A stretch of DNA of 64,000 nt from the NCBI GenBank assembly GCA_050613775.1, contig JBODTK010000135.1, positions 186,001 through 250,000 on the forward strand, in the 5' to 3' direction. This document shows, in pieces, positions 51,539-61,839 of the stretch. The position numbers and the translations under genes were made by a program. Under the pieces are notes generated by a model. The model did not search any database. It had not been told where the DNA came from and saw only the letters and a list, made by a program, of their open reading frames with translations. How positions within the stretch are numbered: the first letter of the stretch is position 1; every line of letters begins with the position of its first letter. Source of the stretch: Neocallimastix sp. 'constans'. Its lineage: Eukaryota.

Positions 51539-52945
51539 TTACATTACTTCGGATTTACGAAGTCCTCTAAATGTAACTCCTATATCAAATTCTAAATTAA
51601 ATTTAACTGGTTTAATACAATTATAAACATCAACTGTATTATTATTAATTGCATCAGTAATATCTTTGGATCCTAAAACACCGATTAATAAAGTTGGTTT
51701 AAATGGAATAGTTGGGTCTGAAAATACACTAGTTAAACTTGAAGCATAATCTTTATTATTAACTGGTTGTTTAAGATAATATAAGAAATTCTTATCTTTA
51801 TAACTATCCGTTAATGAACTAGTACTATAATATACTGATTTTTCTTGTTGACTACTTGGGTATAAATATCTAATACAATTAAATGTAGCTCCTGCAACTA
51901 ATTGTTTTGTTTGTGCACTAGAATATGAAGTAATTTCATCACCAATATTAACAAAATATCCTAAATCTCTATCTACTGGATCACTCATTTTAATATACTG
52001 ATTACTATCTGGATTAGGAATAAAGTATCCATTACAATTATCAATTTGTTGCGCATCTAAACCACTACGATCCCAAGCAGTTACAACTGTTAATGCTTGT
52101 GGGAATATATATCTATTTCTATATTTCTGAGTTTCTTTATACTGTCCATCATAAACTGGATCAGTGATTTCTTCATTAACTGCACCAGAACTAGTATTTA
52201 TAGTATATTTAAACATTAACTTTCCAATAGCTGTTGAACCAGTAATAGTATCAGGGTATACTCCAGATTCATCTGCTAACGATGCTTGAGTTGTCTGTGA
52301 TACACTAGTAGCAACATAATTTAATGAACCATCTTGATTAGTAGGATCTATAAATTGTCCATCAATAGTTGCTAAATATAATTGTTTATTAGCAGTAAAT
52401 GTAACTGGACTTGGTGGTTTTCTAATAAATGCTACTTGACCTAAATCATCTTGAATTTGAGTAATATATTCTGGATTATATTTATATATTATATCATTTG
52501 GTGCAGGAACGATTGTTCTAATTGATGATATTTTAGCTTCATCTGGATTATTAACAGTACTACGAGCTTGATCATAAGTTTGCCATTGTGTTGGTGTGAT
52601 CTTTACCTTAACACTAGTAACTCTAAATTGGTCATACATATTAGCATAAGATTTATAAAAACTACTACGTTTTAACATTTCATAAATATTAACTGCAGTA
52701 ACACCAAGAGGAACAAAACTAGGAGTACCATTATTATCATAATATGCTGCATCAACACCTGCATAACAACTGTGCATCAGATTAATAGTAACATTTGAAA
52801 TATCATTTTGTTGATTAGCTGCTCTTAAATTTCCTCTAGCTCTTTTAACAACAGTACCAATATTACCTCTACCTGTCCTAGATCTTTTAAATCTATAACC
52901 AGTTGAATAACTTCTTCTACCGTACGTTCTATATCTACCACTCAT
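51539..52945 (-). CDS. cap: CRESS-virus-like capsid protein paralog 1
   Basis: Arg-rich N-arm MSGRYRTYGRRSYSTGYRFKRSR; YANMYDQFRVTSVKVKITP; C-terminal GVTFRGLR. Confidence 0.85.
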   Translation of the reverse strand: MSGRYRTYGRRSYSTGYRFKRSRTGRGNIGTVVKRARGNLRAANQQNDISNVTINLMHSCYAGVDAAYYDNNGTPSFVPLGVTAVNIYEMLKRSSFYKSYANMYDQFRVTSVKVKITPTQWQTYDQARSTVNNPDEAKISSIRTIVPAPNDIIYKYNPEYITQIQDDLGQVAFIRKPPSPVTFTANKQLYLATIDGQFIDPTNQDGSLNYVATSVSQTTQASLADESGVYPDTITGSTAIGKLMFKYTINTSSGAVNEEITDPVYDGQYKETQKYRNRYIFPQALTVVTAWDRSGLDAQQIDNCNGYFIPNPDSNQYIKMSDPVDRDLGYFVNIGDEITSYSSAQTKQLVAGATFNCIRYLYPSSQQEKSVYYSTSSLTDSYKDKNFLYYLKQPVNNKDYASSLTSVFSDPTIPFKPTLLIGVLGSKDITDAINNNTVDVYNCIKPVKFNLEFDIGVTFRGLRKSEVM

Positions 52946-53052
52946 TTTTAATAATTAAACAACACTTTAATATAAAAAACACATACAATACACTCCTATT
53001 TATACTTTTTTACAAAATTAAGGTTAATCATAAGACTTTATTAATTAAAACT

Positions 53053-53406
53053 TTATTTATTGTTATATAATACATTAGGATCGTAACGTTCTTTAATAAA
53101 TTTTAAAGGTACTAGTTCCATATATTCATCAGTATAACATCTACGCTTATAATCAAGAGTATATAACTTATTATTTAATTCTTTAAGTAAGTCCAATCTT
53201 TTAGCATTACCAGCCAAATAATTTTGTATTTTATCATTAGTAACAGTTATTTCGTTAGATACTGTATTAATAAAGCTCCTAATAGATTCAGATTCCTGGT
53301 TTAAATCTCTAATACAATCTGAAAGTAATCTCAACTTTGAATACACAGAAGCTTGTTGAAAATTAGCTGTAAGTTCAATCTCACTATTATTATTATCTTT
53401 AGTCAT
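53053..53406 (-). CDS. Small hypothetical helical protein of the viral module
   Basis: 117-aa ORF inside the inverted repeats, co-oriented with the capsids, with the same upstream AAAAGTATAAA motif. Confidence 0.6.
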   Translation of the reverse strand: MTKDNNNSEIELTANFQQASVYSKLRLLSDCIRDLNQESESIRSFINTVSNEITVTNDKIQNYLAGNAKRLDLLKELNNKLYTLDYKRRCYTDEYMELVPLKFIKERYDPNVLYNNK

Positions 53407-53458
53407 TTTAATCTAAATTTTTAATTTAAGAAATTTATTGGGTTTTTATACTTTTCGA

Positions 53459-53987
53459 TTTATTTAATTTGTGTTATTCATTTATTTTGGTGTGATTTAT
53501 TTAAATTATAATGAAGTGTTCATTTAGATTTGTAGGTTAGAAAATGAGGTTAGATTTGTAAAATTTAAAAGTCCACTTTTGTTGATGAAAGTCCACTTTT
53601 GATAGGTAAAAGGTCACTTTTGATAGTAAATTTTTTTATTTTAATTATTTTTGGTATGTTTATTATGTTAATAGGTAATAATTTTGGTATCGTTAGAAAG
53701 CTTAAAATGAGTAGAATTTATTGATGTAATTTGTTTTTAAAAAATGTTTTGTTTTGCCAGAGAAATTCAAGTTTTAAAAAAATTATGGTTGTTGTAAATA
53801 TTATTATTTATGATGTTTATATCAAAAGTTATGTGTTGTTATATCTATGGATTTATAGGATATTTATTAGGTTGTTTATCAATTTAGGATCACTTAAACG
53901 TGGTTAAAATAGTGGTAAAAATAGAAAAATAGAAAGGTGGAATTGCGAAGTAATAGTATGTAAATATTAAAAAAGAACTCTCCTGGA
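53459..53987 (-). repeat. Right arm of the ~530-bp inverted repeat
   Basis: Reverse complement of 49071-49600. Confidence 0.95.
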
Positions 53988-54029
53988 GTTTTGTCATTGC
54001 TAATGTCGCAAATAATGTCAATATGTAAG

Positions 54030-54150
54030 CACTTAAACGTGGTTATATATATATATAAATTTATAATATAGTTAATTATGATCACTTAAACGTGGTTATA
54101 TATATATATAAATTTATAATATAGTTAATTATGATCACTTAAACGTGGTT
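54030..54150. repeat. 53-bp tandem repeat with CACTTAAACGTGGTTA core
   Basis: Core at 54030, 54083 and 54136; also inside the inverted repeat at 53891. Confidence 0.9.
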
Positions 54151-56222
54151 AAAAAATTTATTGAAAAAATTGAGGGAAATTTGTTGATACTTGATAACGC
54201 CACAGTAAATAGTTAATGCGCCATAATTAGTATAGTGTATAAATTAATTTCTATATTTGGTAATTGCTATATTAGGAATTTTACATTTGTGTAATATTAA
54301 TGTAGATCAGTAAATGTTGACATGGTATACATAATTTGTAGATCAGTTGTATCAATTATATTAAATTTTGTGTTAAATTAAACGTTTCATGTATAAAGCG
54401 GAGTCATAAATTAAATGTTTCATGTATGAAGTTGAGTCATATATTAGATAAATTAATTTTCGATGTTGATGAATAACCAATAGAATAATATTATAATATA
54501 CATTGTTTACATAGTAATATATAGAGCAATACATATATCAATATAAATACATTAATGTCACGTATATTATTTTTCAATCTTATAATGATTGAAAAAATAT
54601 AAATAGAACCATTTTTGTCATGGTTCTAAAGTTCCAACTTATATAACATTAACACTTTTACACTCAAGTTGGAACTTTTTTTTTAACCACAAAAAACATG
54701 TGGCTTATATCTATTCACGTGCGGTTCCGAAACGCGCTCTCCCCATATTAATTTCAATATGTTAATATTTAGTAATTAGTTGGCCTAGACTAATTCCTAA
54801 ATATTTTAATAATGTTAATTTAATAATAATTATTATATTATAATTTTTTAATATTGAAATTCAAATAACTGAATTACTGAAATTGAATTGAAATTCAGTT
54901 ATTATCTTAACAACATTGTTAAAGTTTTAAGTGATAATTTGGTCTTAACGATTAGGTCAAGATGCCAAATTATAGTAATTAATTAATAATTTAGATTTAC
55001 TCTTATTTAAAACATATTGTTATTAGTAAATTTTATAAATAAATTTTTATTTAAAATATAAATTTTTACCTTAATAATATTTTACTACATTATTATTTTA
55101 TATAATTATTACTATAATTTAAATTACAATAATCCTACAAGGGATTAATCAAAGATTTAAACATGTATTTATATAAAATAATTAATTATTAAAATATTAA
55201 TTATTAATATGAATATGTAATAGTATTAATACAAGTTTGATATTGATAATATAAAATAAGATAATAATATAAATATTTAATATAAATAAAATATAAGAAT
55301 CTAGTATAGCTAAATATTATATTTTATAATTAAAATATAATTAGTGTAACAAATCTTACTGTTACTTAAGATTGTTATAAGGTTTTTTACACAAAAGGTT
55401 CTCGACACTAAAGTAATTCAAAATATGTTTTATTAAAATAAGTTTTTTATTAGTAAAAATGTAAATTATTATTTTATTAATTAATCATTGTAATATTTTA
55501 AATTACTTTAAAATTAATTAATAAAAGCACAAGTAAAAATATTTTATTATGAAATTTTACACCTATTTATAGTTTTTCAGGAAAATTAATTATTTTAAGT
55601 TATCAGTTGTTATTAGTAATTATTAGAAATAAAAGAAAATTAAAGAAAATTAAAGAAAACAAGTTTTCTTTCTAGAAAATGAATCTTAGATAAAAAATGA
55701 TAAAAAATATTAATAAAATAGATTTTTCTAGTTTTATCGGTTCAATTGTTTAACCGATAAACACTAGTAATTTCTTTAATATTCTAGTTATAATAAATAA
55801 AAAGTTATTAAAATTTTGAAAGAGTGGGTGTCGAACCCTAAGGGTTCAGCCCGATGGTTATGGTAACTTACCATTGAACCATAGTTACTAATTTACTAGT
55901 TATGAGTTTCGTTACATGGTCCTCCTCTAGGATTCGGATACCAGACGAATCTCAAAGCTAGGCTAAACTATACTAAGAAAATTTTATTTAATTATTTTAA
56001 TATATAAATTATTTTAATAGTTATTTGGTGTAAAATTTCAATACATGATAAACATAAAAATACATTATTAATAATAAGGTTACATGAATTTAAATAATAT
56101 TTATATTAATAAGTAAAAATAATAAAGATTATTGATATTGATATTAATAGAAATAAATTTGATATTAATAAATATAAATTTTTGTATAATTAATATTATA
56201 GATTCATTATCTAAATATAAGT

Positions 56223-59123
56223 TTATTTGTTTGATTTATTAAATTTTTTGAGTATTTCTGGACAGTTGAGGTTTTCTTCCGGTTCCCAAGATGCTTCAGA
56301 TAAAGGATATCCTTTCCACTTAATAAGATATTGAATCTTTCCATAATGTTTTCTTTTATCAAGTATTTCTTCTACATCATATTCTTCTTCATCATTAACT
56401 ATAATTGGAGGTGGAGGTTCCTTTTTTCTTTTAAAATTGTCTTTGTAGTATGGCTCAAGTTCTGATACATGGATAATTGGGTGTATTCTTATATTTTTTG
56501 GAAAATCAATTTTGTATGTTACTGGAGAGACTTTTTCAATTATTTTATAAGGTCCTAGCTTTCTTGGTTTTAATTTTTTATTTTTATTTCTTAATATGAG
56601 TGAACTGTTTATCCAAACTTTGTCGTTTACTTTGAATTCAGGTGCTTTAATTCTGTGTTGGTTGGCGAATTTTTCTTGTTTATTTCTTGCTTGTTTTAAA
56701 TTTTCTTTTAATTGTTTGAAAAGTTTCGCTAAGTTTGTTGTAAATTCTTCAGCACGCGGAACATCAATAGAACTTGGCACAGCTGGTGAGAAGCGAGGGT
56801 TGTAACCATAATTTGCGTAGAAAGGTGATTTATTTAATGATTCTTGAATAGAATTGTTGTAGCAGAATTCAGCAAGGAATAGATAATTATGCCAATTTGA
56901 ACCTTTAAAATTAGAGTAACATCTGAGAAATTGTTCTACAACGGAGTTCACCCTCTCCGTTAAACCGTTAGTTTGATGGTGAAAGGGAGAAGAAAGTTTC
57001 ATTGAGATATTGAGAGTTTTGCAAATAGAAATCCAGAATTTAGAAGTGAATTGAGTACCTCTATCGGAAAGAATTTCATTTGGTAATCCATGAAGTCTGA
57101 AAATATGAGTCATGAATGCCTTAGCAGTATCTTCAGAAGAAGGAACGTTAGGAAATGGGATGAAGTGACCCATTTTTGTGAATCTATCGAGAACAACAAA
57201 AATACAAGTATATCCATTAGATGAAGGGAGATCAGTGATGAAATCCATGGAAAGCGAAGTCCAAGGTCGGTCAGGAATTTCTAGTGGGTTCAGAAATCCA
57301 TAAGGTTTGTGTCTAGAATCCTTTGAACGACAACAGATTTCACAAGATTTAATATAGTCTTTAATATCTTTTTGCATAGATGACCACCAAAAGTCACGAT
57401 TGATTAAGGAGAAAGTTTTCTTGAAACCAAAATGACCAGCAGATGGGGAGTCATGACAGATATTTAATACGGAAGAACGACAGTTAAGGGGAACATAAAT
57501 TTTTCCATCAAAGAGTAAGAAGTTGTTACTTAAAGAAAATTTATTAGATTCTGGGAAGTCTTGTTTAGAGTTGAGTTTTTTGCAGATTTCATTATAATAT
57601 TTATCATTCTTATATTCATGGAGTATTTGATCATTTAAAGAGGCAATGGAAGTGGTAGCGCAAAAATTTTCAGGTTTTAAGACGTTGAAAGGAATGTCAG
57701 AGGACAGTTCTTCTTCATTTGATGCATAATCAAGTCTTCGAGAAAGTGCATTCGCATATATTTCACTAAAAATATCCTTAAATGGAAGTAATTTCTTTGG
57801 TAATGATTTATTTACTTTATTACTTTCTTTATCTTCTTCTTTTTTATCATTCTTTTTAATAGTATTTAAAGGAACATAAGTAGTGAAGGCGCTAGGAAGT
57901 ACAAGACAATTGGAAATACAATAGTTGGATTTGAAAGAGAGTTCTTTTGAGGCAAAGTCTATAGTGGGATTATGAGTTTCTAGCCAGTCAATGCCTAAAA
58001 TAGCACAATACGAAGGAAGGTCAACAACATAGAAACTTGTTTTACATATGTGGTTTTTATATTTTAAGGATATTGGTGCAGTTTTACCTATGATTGACTG
58101 AATACCGCCGATTCCAGATACGTTAAGGAGATTACATTCACTAGAGTAAGGAATATTGTTTTCTTTTGCGAAGTATACATCCATTAAATTAAGTTGAGAG
58201 CCGCAGTCCAGAAGAATTTTAGTTTTTGTAGAGATATTGGAAACATTAAGAGAGAATTCAAAAATTGGTAGCTTTACATCGGGTTGATCAGAAATTCTTA
58301 TTCTTGGAATAGTTTTAGGTTCAAGATTAGTGATATGAGAACTGCTAGAAGAGGCTTTATTTCTGTTTACTAGTGGGCAATGGTCAAGGGAATGGTTGGC
58401 TGATCCACAATAGGCACAAAGATGTTCTTTTCTTCTTCTTTCCTTTTCTTCATTAGACAAAGGACCTCGGGTATTGAATTTGAAAGGCTTTTTCCCTTTA
58501 TTTTGTCTTCTATTATTATTGTTTCTGTTATTATTTCTGTTATCATTATTATTATTATTATTTGATCTGTTTTGTGGATTAGAAAATTGTCTATGCGCAG
58601 CAATACGACTATCTAGTCTAGAGGCAATAGTTTGTAATGCGAAAAGAGATCTTGGTCCTGGAAACATTTCATATATTTTAGTAGCAATTTGATCGTTAAG
58701 TCCATTGAGGAAAGCATCCATTTTAGCTTCTTCATTCCACGAAGATTCGTCAGAATATCTATTGAATTCGAGAATATAGTTTGTTATTTCACCGATGCGT
58801 CTTTGTTTAATTGTCTTCAATTTCTGGTTAGCAATGAAAGTCGAATCGTAGCTCCCAAAAGTAGCCTTAAATCTTGAGGTGAATTGTCGATAGTTATTTA
58901 AACATGGATCGTTATTTTCAATTAAAGTAGCAGCCCAGTTCATTGCAGAGCCGTAGAGTCTAGAAATGATATACGCAACCTTTATTGGGTCATTATTAAA
59001 TCGTTCGGGATCAAGCATGAATATTAAATTCATTTTTGCTAAAAATCCTTTAAAGTAACGACGATCTCCAGCGAATCCATCTTTATTGGTAGCACTGGCA
59101 TTTAAAAAGGTATCTTCTTCCAT
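56223..59123 (-). CDS. Gag-PR-IN-chromodomain polyprotein of element G
   Basis: [27 protein letters not shown], and chromodomain YDVEEILD...YLIKWKGY...SWEP; no YxDD. Confidence 0.92.
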   Translation of the reverse strand: MEEDTFLNASATNKDGFAGDRRYFKGFLAKMNLIFMLDPERFNNDPIKVAYIISRLYGSAMNWAATLIENNDPCLNNYRQFTSRFKATFGSYDSTFIANQKLKTIKQRRIGEITNYILEFNRYSDESSWNEEAKMDAFLNGLNDQIATKIYEMFPGPRSLFALQTIASRLDSRIAAHRQFSNPQNRSNNNNNNDNRNNNRNNNNRRQNKGKKPFKFNTRGPLSNEEKERRRKEHLCAYCGSANHSLDHCPLVNRNKASSSSSHITNLEPKTIPRIRISDQPDVKLPIFEFSLNVSNISTKTKILLDCGSQLNLMDVYFAKENNIPYSSECNLLNVSGIGGIQSIIGKTAPISLKYKNHICKTSFYVVDLPSYCAILGIDWLETHNPTIDFASKELSFKSNYCISNCLVLPSAFTTYVPLNTIKKNDKKEEDKESNKVNKSLPKKLLPFKDIFSEIYANALSRRLDYASNEEELSSDIPFNVLKPENFCATTSIASLNDQILHEYKNDKYYNEICKKLNSKQDFPESNKFSLSNNFLLFDGKIYVPLNCRSSVLNICHDSPSAGHFGFKKTFSLINRDFWWSSMQKDIKDYIKSCEICCRSKDSRHKPYGFLNPLEIPDRPWTSLSMDFITDLPSSNGYTCIFVVLDRFTKMGHFIPFPNVPSSEDTAKAFMTHIFRLHGLPNEILSDRGTQFTSKFWISICKTLNISMKLSSPFHHQTNGLTERVNSVVEQFLRCYSNFKGSNWHNYLFLAEFCYNNSIQESLNKSPFYANYGYNPRFSPAVPSSIDVPRAEEFTTNLAKLFKQLKENLKQARNKQEKFANQHRIKAPEFKVNDKVWINSSLILRNKNKKLKPRKLGPYKIIEKVSPVTYKIDFPKNIRIHPIIHVSELEPYYKDNFKRKKEPPPPIIVNDEEEYDVEEILDKRKHYGKIQYLIKWKGYPLSEASWEPEENLNCPEILKKFNKSNK

Positions 59124-59797
59124 TTTCTTGCCTTTTCAAAATAGATTTATTTGATAATTTAATTATTGAAGAACTTTTATTTAAGGTAAATACAATTTAA
59201 ATTTCGCTTTTAATGCCTTACAACTAAAAAAAAACCGGCAAAAGCTACTAACTAGAGGTATATACTAGACCTCAAAATAAAATTAAAAACTATATATTTT
59301 AATGTCGCTTTACCTTCACGACCAACCTATAGCCTTCGGTGACTATAGTTCCTTATTCGCCAGAGCTTATTCGAATAGAGCAACCACCGAACTGTTGAAG
59401 TTGGTTGGTAGGTTGTGGTTCTCTTTTAATCCACACTCTCTTTACACTCTAGGGTTTTGAAGCCCGTTTATATTCAAATAATTAACGACTATAGTTTCTA
59501 ACCTACTGAAACTAGTTAATATACGCCGAAACTCTGTTTATGAGCTCTAACCGCTCCTAGTATATTTATCGTATTACCTTAAAAATATGGACACGAAAAC
59601 TTATTAAAAATTAAAAATTCTTTTTCTTTTTTTGTGTTGCTGTTCTTTCAGTGAATTTTAACTGAAAGAGCTGAGATGTAGGGCTTACGTCTGAGCCTAC
59701 CAGCGAGGGCCAACACAAAATTAAGGAATTTAAATAAAAAGAATAAAAGAGAATAAGGATTGTCTATACAGATTCTCCTTATTAGTAAATTTTATTA

Positions 59798-59837
<40 letters not shown>

Positions 59838-59967
59838 TTATTTAGCTAATTATTAATATATGTATTTAGTTTTAAGTATTAATTTATCTAAAATATATTA
59901 TATTCTTTCACTTAGATTATAGTTAAATTTTATCTAAAATTATGTATATGTCCACTTAATTTTCTTT

Positions 59968-60190
59968 CAGAATTTATCTAATAAATAGTATATTTGTTCA
60001 ATTAGTTTTACTATAAATTTATCTAATAAATAATATATTTGTTCAATTAATTTTACTATAGAATTTATCTAATAAATAGTATATTTGTTCAATTAATTTT
60101 ACTATAGAATTTATCTAATAAATAGTATATTTGTTCAATTAATTTTACTATAAATTTATCTAATAAATAGTACATTTGTTCAATTAATTA
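59968..60190. repeat. ~46-bp tandem repeat, about 5 copies, in G leader
   Basis: Unit AATTTATCTAATAAATAGTATATTTGTTCAATTAATTTTACTATA(G/A). Confidence 0.9.
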
Positions 60191-60278
60191 TATTATAGTT
60201 TTTATCTAAGATACTATATATTCATTCACTTAAATATATTATAAAATATAGGGTTAGGGTTATATATTCATTTAATAA

Positions 60279-60323
<45 letters not shown>

Positions 60324-60612
60324 TAAAATCCAAAAGGTATAGGTAGAGTTTCAAAGAGGAATCCAAAGGTAGATAGAATTTAATTTGAAAGTATGTTTAT
60401 AATAAAGAGAAAGCGAAGAATCTAAGGAAAAATTGGGCAAGAATTTGAGTAAAGAAGGAATACAAAAGAAAGGTAGATAACCTATAAAAAGAAATAATCC
60501 AAAAGATACTAGATTCAAGAATAGAATTTTTTAAGGAAGTATTCCACAGAAAAAATATTGTTTTGGTGATAATATAATTATTAGCGGTAGCCCAAGAGTT
60601 GTTTAAAGTTTT

Positions 60613-60686
60613 AAAAGAGTAGATTCCAAAAGAGTAGATTCCAAAAAAGTAGATTCTTAAAAGAGTAGATTCCAAAAGAGTAGATT
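60613..60686. repeat. 15-bp tandem repeat, 5 copies, in G leader
   Basis: AAAAGAGTAGATTCC units. Confidence 0.9.
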
Positions 60687-61289
60687 TGTCTCGAGAAGGT
60701 TTCGTGTTTTTTGTCAAAGGGTGCTTTTATTGTAACAAATCTTACTGTTACTTAAGATTGTTATAAGGTTTTTTACACAAAAGGTTCTCGACACTAAAGT
60801 AATTCAAAATATGTTTTATTAAAATAAGTTTTTTATTAGTAAAAATGTAAATTATTATTTTATTAATTAATCATTGTAATATTTTAAATTACTTTAAAAT
60901 TAATTAATAAAAGCACAAGTAAAAATATTTTATTATGAAATTTTACACCTATTTATAGTTTTTCAGGAAAATTAATTATTTTAAGTTATCAGTTGTTATT
61001 AGTAATTATTAGAAATAAAAGAAAATTAAAGAAAATTAATGAAAACAAGTTTTCTTTCTAGAAAATGAATCTTAGATAAAAAATGATAAAAAATATTAAT
61101 AAAATAGATTTTTCTAGTTTTATCGGTTCAATTGTTTAACCGATAAACACTAGTAATTTCTTTAATATTCTAGTTATAATAAATAAAAAGTTATTAATAT
61201 TTTGAAAGAGCGGGTGTCGAACCCTAAGGGTTCAGCCCGATGGTTATGGTAACTTACCATTGAACCATAGTTACTAATTTACTAGTTAT

Positions 61290-61776
61290 TGATAAGAATG
61301 TACTAAATAATGCATTCTTAATTAAATCTACGATTTATTTCTAATACATTATGTGTACATTATTATTTTTGTACTTTAATAAATTTTTAAATTCAAAGAT
61401 TAAAAATTAGATCAAAAATTATATTAAACTTTATAATTTTTATATTAAATCTTATATTAATAGTAATATTTTTATATATTTAAAACTTATATTAACAATA
61501 TTAATAATAAATCTTATTTTTTTATTTTTATATTAATAATGAAAATTTGTATTAATAATATTTTTATATATTGATAATTAAAAATTTATATATTATATTT
61601 TAACTTTTATTATAAAATTTTATATCGAAATGTTTTATTTTATATTGAAAAATATTTTATTTTATTAAAAACCTTTATATTAGAATAGTATTTTTATTTT
61701 TATTTGAATATTTTAACAGATTGTAATAAAAATTTTAGCCAATTAAATAAATTCTTATTAGTAATATTTTAGATAG

Positions 61777-61839
<63 letters not shown>

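Larger units (their letters stand above)
55345..61289 (-). mobile_element. Element G: chromovirus deletion derivative lacking RT/RNaseH
   Basis: 3' LTR 55345-55916, 5' LTR 60731-61289 (interrupted by F), PPT AGAGGAGGACCA, self-priming site, A/B boxes in U3. Confidence 0.93.

Noticed and set aside
54300..55344. Additional LTR fragments left of element G
   Set aside because: Some resemblance to 29673-30407 but boundaries and TSDs could not be fixed.
55917..55940. TGGTCCTCC as a plus-strand tRNA PBS
   Set aside because: The ORF is on the minus strand; this is the polypurine tract AGAGGAGGACCA.
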